Part shown: in pieces, positions 19,984 to 28,983 of the stretch
Numbering within the stretch: the first letter of the stretch is position 1
Layout: each line of letters begins with the position of its first letter
DNA from: a virus
Lineage: Duplodnaviria; Caudoviricetes
Virus record (IMG/VR): IMGVR_UViG_3300009692_000017
Span: 1-64,000 of that record
DNA: 64,000 bases
Strand: one strand, 5' to 3'
Made by a program: the position numbers and the translations under genes
The notes under the pieces: generated by a model
Databases searched by the model: none
Told to the model about the DNA's origin: nothing
What the model saw: only the letters and a program-made list of their open reading frames with translations

Positions 19984-21429
19984 ATGATAAAACTTTCCAA
20001 TATTTTAAATAAAAAATTATATGAAGATGCTGGCGAAACACAAGCACCAGTAGCACAAACCACAACCCATCCTGTTGCGCAGAATCCTGTTGCTGAACCA
20101 CCAAAATTGAAATGTATAGATGATCTAAAAGATAGATATGAAAAAATAATTAAAAAAATATCAGATAAGAAAGGCGGTAAACTTCCGTTATCTTCTGAAA
20201 CTGGAGTAAGATTACAAAAGGACGTTAATATTATAATTAATAATGATAAGACTAATGAAAAATATGAATTAAATTTCGTTGATTTTAAAGAAGATGATAC
20301 TCCTTTATATTCTATTGTCACTAATAATACAAACATGCAGAAACAAATTAAACCATATGTTATTTTAAATGACGAAATTTATCAAAAAGTTAATTTTATT
20401 TATGATGGTTTAAATAAATGGAGGGAAAAAATATCAATCAGTCAAAATCAAGTTGTTAAAACTCCGACGACAGTAAACGCCAATGTACAAAATATTTCAA
20501 AATATTCAGATTTCATAAAAATTTTTGAAATCGAACAACAGCAACAAAAAACAAAAATGACTATTGAAAATTTCGATAATAATTCTTTATCTCAATTCAC
20601 TAATTCAGCTGTATTTGGTAATTATGAAAATTTTAAAGAAATAGCTGCAGCATTAACTGGATTAAAATCCATTAATTCGGATTTATATAATAAACAATAT
20701 AAAGATTTCATTCAGTTAAAAGACAAAATAATACCATCTAGTAAGAAAAATGAATATATTACAAAATGGTATCTCTCAAAATGGAACGAAGATAAACACA
20801 AATACGAAATAATGGACGCTGGTGAAACAATTAAAAATGGTGATGCTATAACTATTAATAAAGAAGTAAAAGCAGATGAAACACCATTTACAGTTAAAGG
20901 ATTTAGAGTCACTAATGTTCAAATCAAAAAACAAGAACAAAAATTATTTGAACAATTAAGTAGACAAGACATTGATCCATATAGTGAAGAAGATTGGGAT
21001 GACGATAATGATACTCCGATAATACAGATAGCTAAAAAGCAAAATAAACCATTAGATCAAATAACACATTTGAGTTGTTCTGATAAATCATTAACTAATT
21101 TAGAAGGAATTGATCATTTAACTAATTTAAGAATATTATATTGTTATAATAATCAATTAACTAGTTTAGAAGGAATTGAACATTTAACTAATTTAAGAGA
21201 ATTATATTGTTATCATAATGAATTAACTAGTTTGGAAGGCATTGAACATTTAACTAATTTAAGAGAATTACATTGTGATAATAATAGATTAACTAGTTTA
21301 GAAGGAATCGAACATTTAACTAATTTAAGAGAATTATATTGTTATAATAATCAATTCACCAATGAATATAAAAATTATTTAAGAACAATAAAATTAAAAT
21401 TAAAAAATTTAAAGATTCTTGAATTTTAA
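19984..21429 (+). CDS. Chimeric protein: unknown N-terminal region fused to a DPYSEEDW tag plus LRR module
   Basis: Leader MIKLSNILNKKLYE|D; C-terminal KLFEQLSRQDIDPYSEEDW followed by 22-aa LRRs (LTSLEGIEHLTNLRELYCYNNQ). Confidence 0.8.
   Translation: MIKLSNILNKKLYEDAGETQAPVAQTTTHPVAQNPVAEPPKLKCIDDLKDRYEKIIKKISDKKGGKLPLSSETGVRLQKDVNIIINNDKTNEKYELNFVDFKEDDTPLYSIVTNNTNMQKQIKPYVILNDEIYQKVNFIYDGLNKWREKISISQNQVVKTPTTVNANVQNISKYSDFIKIFEIEQQQQKTKMTIENFDNNSLSQFTNSAVFGNYENFKEIAAALTGLKSINSDLYNKQYKDFIQLKDKIIPSSKKNEYITKWYLSKWNEDKHKYEIMDAGETIKNGDAITINKEVKADETPFTVKGFRVTNVQIKKQEQKLFEQLSRQDIDPYSEEDWDDDNDTPIIQIAKKQNKPLDQITHLSCSDKSLTNLEGIDHLTNLRILYCYNNQLTSLEGIEHLTNLRELYCYHNELTSLEGIEHLTNLRELHCDNNRLTSLEGIEHLTNLRELYCYNNQFTNEYKNYLRTIKLKLKNLKILEF
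21091..21354 (+). repeat. Four tandem 66-nt repeats encoding 22-aa LRRs
   Basis: Unit ttaactagtttagaaggaattgaacatttaactaatttaagagaattatattgttataataatcaa, with variation mainly at the xCxxNx positions. Confidence 0.9.
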
Positions 21430-21488
21430 TATAAATATTAATTTTTATAAATAAAAACTTTCATTCAAAACCTAAATATACTCGATAT

Positions 21489-22265
21489 ATGATTTACATT
21501 TTATCGAATATATTTTTTGGACACCCAAAACTTTCAAAATATCAAATAGATTATTTTGATAATTATTTTTTACCAATGGTAATAAAAAACAAACCAGAAA
21601 AAATTATAATAACTGGAAATATATTCTATAATACAAATTTAGTTTCTTTTAAACTTTTAAACGATGTTATTTCTATTTTTAGTAATATATCCGATATAAC
21701 AATTGTTGAAATAATAGAAAATGATTATTGTTTTCAAATTTTAGAAGATTGTGGTAATTTGAATGATAATCAATACAGAGGAAATATAATAAATAATAAA
21801 TGGGCCGGTGGAGATTCTTACGTGGGTGAAAATATTGACGTAACCAAATTTGAACCGTTTTCATTATTTCATTTTTCAAAGGAAAATAAAGAAAAAATAG
21901 GATTTCATGTAATTCAAGACGATAAAATAAAATTCATTGAAAATAATTACACTCCTAGATTCGTTGAATATAATATTAATTCATTAGAAGATTTAAATAT
22001 AAACATAAATAATGATTTTATAGATTTAACAATAAATAGTGAATTAATATTGAAACCCGAGTATAAAAATAAAATAGATATATTCTTGAATAATAATTCA
22101 TTCAATAACGTCTTCTATACTGAAAAAAATGAAACTGAAAAAGTTAAAATTAAAAATAATGATATTAGAAATATTTTAATCGATAATATAGATGATAATC
22201 TAAAAGAAGAATTGAATGAAATATTTCACATCTATGACGACGATAAAAATCAAAAATCAAGATGA
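21489..22265 (+). CDS. T4 gp47/Mre11-SbcD-like metallophosphoesterase-fold protein with degenerate metal ligands
   Basis: IYILSNIFFG where DxH is expected; YF..YFLP; IIITGNIFY where GDxxD is expected; FIENNYTPRF as in gp47-like C-terminal regions. Confidence 0.6.
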   Translation: MIYILSNIFFGHPKLSKYQIDYFDNYFLPMVIKNKPEKIIITGNIFYNTNLVSFKLLNDVISIFSNISDITIVEIIENDYCFQILEDCGNLNDNQYRGNIINNKWAGGDSYVGENIDVTKFEPFSLFHFSKENKEKIGFHVIQDDKIKFIENNYTPRFVEYNINSLEDLNININNDFIDLTINSELILKPEYKNKIDIFLNNNSFNNVFYTEKNETEKVKIKNNDIRNILIDNIDDNLKEELNEIFHIYDDDKNQKSR

Positions 22266-22825
22266 TTAAAATAGCTATATTTGCTTCTGGTAATGGTTCA
22301 AATACTCAACGTATTTACGAATATTTTAAAAATAATGATTCAGTCCAAATCGAATTAATATTATGTAATAACTCAAATGCAGGAGTTATCAATAGATGTA
22401 AAGAACTAAAAATTAAATATATAATTTTTGATAAATTTGATTTAAATTCAAATAAAGTAATTGATTACTTAAAATTTTATAGAATTGATTTTATCGTTCT
22501 AGCTGGATTTTTATTATTGATACCTGGTCATATCATCAAAGAGTTCAATAAAAAAATTATAAACATTCATCCGGCTTTATTACCAAAATACGGTGGTAAA
22601 AATATGTACGGTATGAAAGTTCACGAATCCGTTATAAATAATAAAGAAAAGGAATCAGGAATAACAATTCACTTCGTAAATGAAAATTACGATGAAGGCG
22701 ATATTATTTTTCAAAAGAGTTGTTCAATAGAAGAAAAAGACACATCTCTCGCGTTATCTTCTAAAATACACGAACTAGAATATCAATATTTTCCAAAAAT
22801 AATAGAAGAAATAATATTTCAATAA
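22262..22825 (+). CDS. purN: Phosphoribosylglycinamide formyltransferase
   Basis: IAIFASGNGSN, IVLAGFL, INIHPALLPKYGG, SGITIHFVNENYDEG. Confidence 0.95.
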   Translation: MIKIAIFASGNGSNTQRIYEYFKNNDSVQIELILCNNSNAGVINRCKELKIKYIIFDKFDLNSNKVIDYLKFYRIDFIVLAGFLLLIPGHIIKEFNKKIINIHPALLPKYGGKNMYGMKVHESVINNKEKESGITIHFVNENYDEGDIIFQKSCSIEEKDTSLALSSKIHELEYQYFPKIIEEIIFQ

Positions 22826-22893
22826 ACATAAATAGTTTGGACTATTTTTATTTAATATATATGCTACATACATATAAATATTCGTAATTTAAT

Positions 22894-24348
22894 ATGCTAC
22901 TAACAAAAGAAGTAAAAATAAAAATCAAACAACCGAATATGAAATACTATTTGGATTTAGGTTATAATGTGAGATATGGTGATGTTATTACTATAAGTCC
23001 GGATAAATTACCGAAGTTTTCCAGAGAAATTGTTGAAGTTAAATGTGATATTTGTGGCAAGATTAAAAAACTAAAATATTTTGTATATTATAAAAATTTT
23101 TTAAAATATAATTTTTATTGTTGTTCACAAAAATGTTGTCAAACAAAAGTAACTATGACAAATAATAAAAAATATGGATGTGATAGACCGATACAAAATA
23201 AAGAAATAAGAAAAAAATTAGAAGATACTTGTTTAACTAGATATGGTTTCGTTATACCATCTATGAACAATGATATAATAGAAAAAAATAAAAATAAATA
23301 TATTTTAAGATTATTGAAAAAATATGATTATTTGAAAATTGATCATATACATGATCATATTGCTAATTTTAAATGTGATCAAAATAAAGAACATAATTTT
23401 GATATCAATTTTGCTTTACTTGGCACTAGAATAAAATATAAAACTATAATTTGTACAATATGTAATCCTCTTAATTCTTCATTCATAAGTGGAAGAGAAT
23501 TACAATTGCAAGATTTTTTAAAAAAAAATTATGATAAAAAAATAATATTAAATTCTAAAAATATTATAAAACCAAATGAAATTGATATTTATTTGCCGGA
23601 TTTAAAACTAGCTTTTGAATTTGATGGAGTTTATTGGCATAACGAATTATATAAAGATAAAAATTATCATTTATATAAAACTAACGCGTGTGAAAAATGC
23701 GGAATTAAATTAATCCACGTTTTTGAGGATGATTGGTTATATAAACAAGATATAGTTAAATCTAGAATTTTAAATCTTTTAGGAAAATCAAATAAAATAT
23801 ACGCTAGAAAATGCGAAATAAAAGAAATTGATAATAACGAACTCGTGAAATTATTTTTAAATTCTAATCATATTCAAGGTTTCGTCGGCTCAAAAATTAA
23901 AATTGGTTTGTTTTATAATAAAGAATTAGTTTCTATAATGACATTTGGTAATCTTAGAAAACCAATGAATCAAAAATCATCTGAAGGATCCTACGAAATG
24001 TTGAGATTTTGTAATAAATTAAACACTAATGTTATCGGTGGAGCTAGTCGTTTATTTAAATATTTTATCGATACTTATAAACCGAATGAAGTTATTAGTT
24101 ACGCCGATAGAAGTTGGTCTACGGGTCATTTATACGAAATATTAGGTTTTAAAATAGAACACAAAACTCAACCAAATTATTATTATGTTATAAATGACGT
24201 TAGAAAACATAGATTTGGTTTTAGAAAAGACAAATTAATAAAAGAAGGAGCAGATCCAAATAAAACTGAACACGAAATAATGTTAGAAAAAAATATATAT
24301 AGAATATATGATTCTGGACATCTAAAATATAAAATAGTTTATGCTTAA
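22894..24348 (+). CDS. Free-standing homing-endonuclease-like protein, copy 2 (overlaps the terminase start)
   Basis: VKCDICG, KKYG, EIDIYLPDLKLAFEFDGVYWH, YARKC, NHIQG, EMLRFCNKLN, ISYADRSWS. Confidence 0.75.
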   Translation: MLLTKEVKIKIKQPNMKYYLDLGYNVRYGDVITISPDKLPKFSREIVEVKCDICGKIKKLKYFVYYKNFLKYNFYCCSQKCCQTKVTMTNNKKYGCDRPIQNKEIRKKLEDTCLTRYGFVIPSMNNDIIEKNKNKYILRLLKKYDYLKIDHIHDHIANFKCDQNKEHNFDINFALLGTRIKYKTIICTICNPLNSSFISGRELQLQDFLKKNYDKKIILNSKNIIKPNEIDIYLPDLKLAFEFDGVYWHNELYKDKNYHLYKTNACEKCGIKLIHVFEDDWLYKQDIVKSRILNLLGKSNKIYARKCEIKEIDNNELVKLFLNSNHIQGFVGSKIKIGLFYNKELVSIMTFGNLRKPMNQKSSEGSYEMLRFCNKLNTNVIGGASRLFKYFIDTYKPNEVISYADRSWSTGHLYEILGFKIEHKTQPNYYYVINDVRKHRFGFRKDKLIKEGADPNKTEHEIMLEKNIYRIYDSGHLKYKIVYA

Positions 24349-24781
24349 AAATTTTTTACGAGAAATAATATACTTCCTGATTGAACTTATTGAAAAAATT
24401 GAATATAAAAATAATAATTTTGACGAAAAAGATCCTCTTAAAAAAATAATGAATTTTTTTCCAATAGAAGATATGTTAGTCGAAACCGACTACGGCTTTG
24501 TCCCTATTGAAGAAATTAATTTAACACAACCATACAGGATACACGAATTAATACTAGAAAACGGAATAAAACTAAATTGTGCCGATGTTCATGCTGTTTT
24601 CTGTGAAGGACATATTATTAAGTATGTTGACGATTTAACATTAGATGATATAGTTTTAACTAAAACAGGACCTTCTAAAGTAAAATCAATTAAAAAAACG
24701 AAATCTAAAGTATCCATGTTCGATTTATCAATAAAATCAAATGAACATAGTTATTATACCAACGATATATTAAGCCTCAAT
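24341..24781 (+). mobile_element. Split intein C-fragment (Hint domain lacking block A)
   Basis: VETDYGF, block B-like LNCADVH, block F VSMFDLSI, block G YYTNDILSLN followed by +1 Thr; no N-terminal Cys. Confidence 0.8.
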
Positions 24782-26611
24782 ACGATCTCGGCCGCCATAG
24801 TAATATTGCAATTCGTCTTGTTCAATACGGATAAGAGTATTATGATAGTTGCCAATAAATCAGAAACAGTGAAAGAAATAATTAGAAAAATAAAGGATAT
24901 ATATAAGTTATTGCCGTTTTTCTTAAAAGTTGGAGTCACTAATTGGAATGAAAAAACAATAGCCTTTGAAAATAATAGTAGGGTTCAAACTCAAGCCAGA
25001 TCACCAGAACCGGCTATTGGTTTTGCGATAGATTTATTATATCTAGATGAGTTTGCTAAAGTCCCATCTAATATTATACGTCGATATTATGGTGCTGTAG
25101 TACCAACAGTATCGTCCATTGAGAATTCAAAGATTATAATTACTTCAACACCGGAAGGTTATAATTTATTTTGGGAATTATTAACCGATGCTGAAAGGCC
25201 AAAAGAAGATCCAAGATGGAATAAGTATCAACCCATGAGAATTTATTGGCATCAAGTTAAAGGTAGAAGAGATACAAAAATATTATTCTTAGAAAATAAA
25301 CTCAAACAATTTAATTTAACAAAAGATGAAATAATAGATCAACTTAAAAACTTAGGATATGTTATGTATTCGAAAAGATTGGATAATGAAAATTGGGATT
25401 TGATAAAATTTTTTGAAGATGATGAAAAAACACAAAGAGAAAATAGTAGTATTGACAATATAAGGCAAATTAGAATAAATGATGTTGTACCATTACCTGA
25501 AATTTGTAGAATAACAAATTGGCAAGAAGAACAAACAGGTCTTATTGGAGGAGAATCCATGTTTAATCAAGAATATGAAATTCAATTCATAACTGACGAT
25601 AAATTATTATTTGATAGTGTTATGTTTGAAAATTTCATGAATGATCAATATGAATTTGAAACTCCATATTTAGATATATTCGATAAAAAAATGAAGTTAC
25701 CATATACTAGTTTGAAATTTGTTAAAGATAAACCAGAATTGTTTGATTTACCTAAAGCCAAAGATTATTATATTACTATTGGAATAGATTTAGCAGAAGG
25801 TCTTGGATTAGATTATAGTGTATTTAACATATTTAGATTAATGATGAAAGATGAAAAAAACATACAACGCAGAAAAGAAATTATAAATAATAAATATGAT
25901 TTATTTAAATTAGAACAAATAGGAATATTTAGAAATAATGTATATTCAATGGACGAAATGGCTCACATTTTATATCTATTGGTATTTGAAGTATTCGATC
26001 CAGAGAAAGTTAAAATTGTTTTAGAAATGAATAAAAATCTAGGTAATGATTTAATAAATAATATGCGTCACGTTTTTAATGACAATAATAATTTTATGGA
26101 TGCCATATTCGCTAGATATATTCAAAAAGAAAGTGATAAAAAAACTAAAATTGGATTATTAATAGGACATAATAAAAAATTATTATTAAAGGATTTTCAA
26201 GATGCGATCAAAAAAGACAATATGATTTTACATAATGAAAGTACTATAATAGAACTTAAATCATTCTCAAAAAAAGAAACCCCTGGTGGTGATTTAACAT
26301 TTAGATCTGAAACAGGCAATGACGATTGTGTAATGTCACTTGTCAATCTGGCTAGTATATTTGATAATGTTTGTTATAAAGATATGGTCGATTCTTATTC
26401 TGAGAGTTTAAGTGATAGAGAAAAATCTTTAATGATACAATTTTTAAATATGAAAGATGATGGTACGATTATCGATTATGGCACTATGACCGGTGCTCAC
26501 AAAAGATTTTACCCTAAAATAAAACCAGATATAAAACCAATATCTTTCACAAGTCCATTCAATGAAAAATCAGGTTCCTTGAAAAATCCTTTCGAGAGAA
26601 AATATTTTTAA
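24341..26611 (+). CDS. Large terminase subunit (gp17-like), C-terminal extein preceded by a split-intein C-fragment
   Basis: After YYTNDILSLN the ORF reads TISAA...IVANK...LPFFLK...ENNS, Walker B LYLDEFA, IITSTPEG, FNQEY, nuclease IGIDLAEGLGLDYS and GNDDCVMS. No N-terminal RQxGK. Confidence 0.9.
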   Translation: MLKNFLREIIYFLIELIEKIEYKNNNFDEKDPLKKIMNFFPIEDMLVETDYGFVPIEEINLTQPYRIHELILENGIKLNCADVHAVFCEGHIIKYVDDLTLDDIVLTKTGPSKVKSIKKTKSKVSMFDLSIKSNEHSYYTNDILSLNTISAAIVILQFVLFNTDKSIMIVANKSETVKEIIRKIKDIYKLLPFFLKVGVTNWNEKTIAFENNSRVQTQARSPEPAIGFAIDLLYLDEFAKVPSNIIRRYYGAVVPTVSSIENSKIIITSTPEGYNLFWELLTDAERPKEDPRWNKYQPMRIYWHQVKGRRDTKILFLENKLKQFNLTKDEIIDQLKNLGYVMYSKRLDNENWDLIKFFEDDEKTQRENSSIDNIRQIRINDVVPLPEICRITNWQEEQTGLIGGESMFNQEYEIQFITDDKLLFDSVMFENFMNDQYEFETPYLDIFDKKMKLPYTSLKFVKDKPELFDLPKAKDYYITIGIDLAEGLGLDYSVFNIFRLMMKDEKNIQRRKEIINNKYDLFKLEQIGIFRNNVYSMDEMAHILYLLVFEVFDPEKVKIVLEMNKNLGNDLINNMRHVFNDNNNFMDAIFARYIQKESDKKTKIGLLIGHNKKLLLKDFQDAIKKDNMILHNESTIIELKSFSKKETPGGDLTFRSETGNDDCVMSLVNLASIFDNVCYKDMVDSYSESLSDREKSLMIQFLNMKDDGTIIDYGTMTGAHKRFYPKIKPDIKPISFTSPFNEKSGSLKNPFERKYF

Positions 26612-26760
26612 ATATTTTTTATTTTTTTTATTTCTCCTTTACCGTTACAGATCTCGCATTTTCCATCTTTAGTATATCCACTCCCATCACACACAGGGCA
26701 TAAAAATATCTTTATTTCTTCTTTTTTAACTTTATCGTTTGACTTATCGGGAGATTCCAT
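26608..26760 (-). CDS. Small DnaJ-type zinc-finger protein (50 aa), missing from the ORF track
   Basis: Manual ORF MESPDKSNDKVKKEEIKIFLCPVCDGSGYTKDGKCEICNGKGEIKKIKNI with two CxxCxGxG motifs. Confidence 0.7.
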   Translation of the reverse strand: MESPDKSNDKVKKEEIKIFLCPVCDGSGYTKDGKCEICNGKGEIKKIKNI

Positions 26761-26887
26761 TTTTTAATTATTTTTTAAACAAAATGAATTTTTGTTTATA
26801 TATTAAATATAAAATTCATTTTTAATAACGATAGTGTTCATTGATAAATTATTTTGAGAAAAATTTTTTTATATCGAATAAATGACG

Positions 26888-26895
26888 TATCTTTG
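26888..26895 (+). promoter_or_regulatory. Bacteroidota-type -7 promoter element driving the non-coding locus
   Basis: cgTATCTTTGta matches TAnnTTTG. Confidence 0.65.
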
Positions 26896-26900
26896 TATAG

Positions 26901-27587
26901 TCAAAATGATAAAAGAGTTCTTTTTCAAAATTGAGATAAATAAATCTATTAGTCCATAGAATGACTAATACTGAAAAGCGAGATAATTTCAACCTAATAG
27001 TAGGCATATAAATAGATTTATTAGTTCTAAAAACGCTCTTTGTTACTATGATGGCGCTTCAAGCTTAATACAACGAATGTTGTCCCTGAAAGTAGAGTTC
27101 TTTGAAAGATTGAAAAAATAATTTGTGGCAGAAAAAGAGATAGCCATTCTCTAATGCACTGTAATCCATTACTGGGAAGTGTGGCGCAGTTTTTACAAGT
27201 TTCTAGTCATAAACCTGAACGTCTGCCAAGGTTGGCCAACCTTGATCGTCGTAAGAACCAGACAAATCGTTATATATACGACAGATGGCTGTATCTGGTT
27301 GGAGGAAAAAATCCTCCCAATCACTCCCAATGGGAGTAAAATCCGATAGTTGATCGCTTCGGATGATTGTGGGTGAAGAATGATCGAAATTCGAGGATTG
27401 TGAGTAATCTGAAATCTCACCAAATTATTTTTTACTTTCATATTAGATTGGTTTAACTCAGTGATGAGTTAGATGATTTAAACCGAAGTAGGTCTTCAGA
27501 AAGCCGAAAAGGGAGTGATCTTCAAAAGCAAAAGCTACCAATTCTATGAGCGTAGTCCCAAATTTATTAATCTGCTGCAGATGGGAC
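26901..27587 (+). ncRNA. Candidate large structured non-coding RNA(s), family unassigned
   Basis: GC well above the surroundings and no credible ORF. Perfect long stems 26939-26950/27011-27022 and 27113-27125/27421-27433, many internal hairpins, two boxA-like motifs, flanked by a promoter and a terminator. Confidence 0.7.
27094..27107 (+). promoter_or_regulatory. boxA-like antitermination element (another copy at 26914-26928)
   Basis: AGAGTTCTTTGAAA and AGAGTTCTTTTTCAA; resembles rrn leader boxA (GUUCUUUGAAA-type). Confidence 0.55.
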
Positions 27588-27624
27588 ATAAAAAAACCGG
27601 ATTGAAAAATCCGGTTTTTTTATG
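27587..27624. terminator. Bidirectional intrinsic terminator
   Basis: cataaaaaaaccggat-tgaaaa-atccggtttttttatg perfect inverted repeat with T/A tails, between converging units. Confidence 0.85.
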
Positions 27625-27641
27625 CTCATTTTTATCATAGA

Positions 27642-28499
27642 TTATTGTATAAAATCTTTATATTTTTTTAAACTTTCTTTTATTGGGTATTTAATTGGAG
27701 TTTTTAATATTACACTATTCTTTTTAAATCTATTAATTTCATTATCTGTTACCAAATAAGTATCTAATTGTAGAGGGAAAGTACTTATTCTATCTATTAT
27801 TATTCTATATAATTCATCATCAGTTTTTCTTAATAATTCGTCAAAAAACATTTGAGCGTCATTAGCATAATCAATGTTCTTTGGATCATCATCATAAAAA
27901 CTAACTTTTTTATACCAATCCTGTTTTATAGATACAAATTTGCCATCTTTTATTTTTAAACCAACCAAATGTTCAAGTAAAACGAAAACTTTTCTTTTAT
28001 AATCGGTACCCATTCTCATTCCTTCACCTACAAAAAATATTTTACTTATTTCTATGCCTATTTTTTTCAACTCCAAACGTAATTTGTTGATGACATTAAC
28101 ATGATTTTTTTGATTTGATCTAGCTGTTAAAAGACCTATATCAGTGAATTTATTATATCTTAAATGTTCTATGTTATGAGAAAGTACATCTATTTCTCTT
28201 TTATCTAATATTTCTTTTCTAACCAAAGGAATAAAAGATATTCCAAATCTTTCTATATTTTCACTTCCTGATTTTTTCTTAATAATATCAAATAATTCTT
28301 CACTAATATAATATGTTTGACCGTTATATTCTAGTGGATGATCATCTTTTTTAAATTTACCATTAGATATTAATGAAAATTCTAATTGATTTAATATAAT
28401 AAGAGGTTTATATGGTTTTTCTTTATCTATTATCCATATATCATCATTCTTAATATTCCAAAGAACTCCATCCAAATCAAACATTGCAATATCCCTCAT
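27642..28499 (-). CDS. HAD-superfamily phosphatase-like protein
   Basis: Motif I FDLDGVLW, motif II LLTAR, motif IV FYDDDPKN. Confidence 0.7.
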   Translation of the reverse strand: MRDIAMFDLDGVLWNIKNDDIWIIDKEKPYKPLIILNQLEFSLISNGKFKKDDHPLEYNGQTYYISEELFDIIKKKSGSENIERFGISFIPLVRKEILDKREIDVLSHNIEHLRYNKFTDIGLLTARSNQKNHVNVINKLRLELKKIGIEISKIFFVGEGMRMGTDYKRKVFVLLEHLVGLKIKDGKFVSIKQDWYKKVSFYDDDPKNIDYANDAQMFFDELLRKTDDELYRIIIDRISTFPLQLDTYLVTDNEINRFKKNSVILKTPIKYPIKESLKKYKDFIQ

Positions 28500-28563
28500 A
28501 CTTCGCTATATATTTTTTTATGTATCTCTTTCATCTATTAAATTTTTAATTTTTTTTTATTAT

Positions 28564-28617
28564 TTACGTCCAATCTTCATCCTCAAAAGGATCAATAATA
28601 GTTTTTAGATTTTCCAT
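28564..28617 (-). CDS. 17-aa micropeptide carrying a variant tag (IIDPFEDEDW)
   Basis: MENLKTIIDPFEDEDWT*, directly downstream of a TAATATATA motif. Confidence 0.45.
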   Translation of the reverse strand: MENLKTIIDPFEDEDWT

Positions 28618-28659
28618 CCTATGTTTTTTATACATATATATTAAAAAAAAATCTCCATT

Positions 28660-28983
28660 TTAAAATGGAGATTTGAAATTAGGTAATTTATAATTTGATG
28701 GGTTAAAGTTTTTGGTCAAATTACCGATATTTCCCATGTTAGGCATCTTTTGATTCTTATCTTGTTCTTCATGATGTTTCTTTTCGTTTTCATTTTTTTC
28801 ATTCAACAATTTAATATATCTTTCAAATTCATAATAAGGCCATGTATCTACAACAGTAGTTGGCATTCTAAGTTGATTCATGAATTCAAATTTATTACCT
28901 GTCAAATTTTCCCAAGAAACTGTAAAAACAGTAAAAATGTTTTTTTCAATCTCTTGAATTTTATTTCTTTGAGATTCTGTCAA
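28660..28983 (-). CDS. gp51-like baseplate hub assembly protein (possibly a frameshift extension of the upstream ORF)
   Basis: FEFMNQLRM....DTWPYYEFERYIKLLNE pattern; TTG start overlapping the upstream ORF. Confidence 0.55.
   Translation of the reverse strand: MTESQRNKIQEIEKNIFTVFTVSWENLTGNKFEFMNQLRMPTTVVDTWPYYEFERYIKLLNEKNENEKKHHEEQDKNQKMPNMGNIGNLTKNFNPSNYKLPNFKSPF

Noticed and set aside
1-21123. Diversity-generating retroelement (TR/VR pair) for the duplicated LRR cassette
   Set aside because: Differences between the copies include non-adenine changes (e.g. C/T at third positions), and no reverse transcriptase is present in the window.
21091-21354. CRISPR array
   Set aside because: The 66-nt units are contiguous in-frame coding repeats with no unique spacers, and there are no cas genes.
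27100-27430. RNase P RNA, tmRNA or tRNA identity for the structured region
   Set aside because: GGAGGAAAAAATCC only loosely resembles GAGGAAAGUCC and forms a local hairpin. There is no matching RNase P 3' motif, no GGGG 5' end with a T-arm, and no cloverleaf with TTCGA.
27154-27441. ORF-track proteins 27154-27339 (+) and 27193-27441 (-)
   Set aside because: Atypical composition and no motifs; they overlap a densely base-paired region better explained as RNA.
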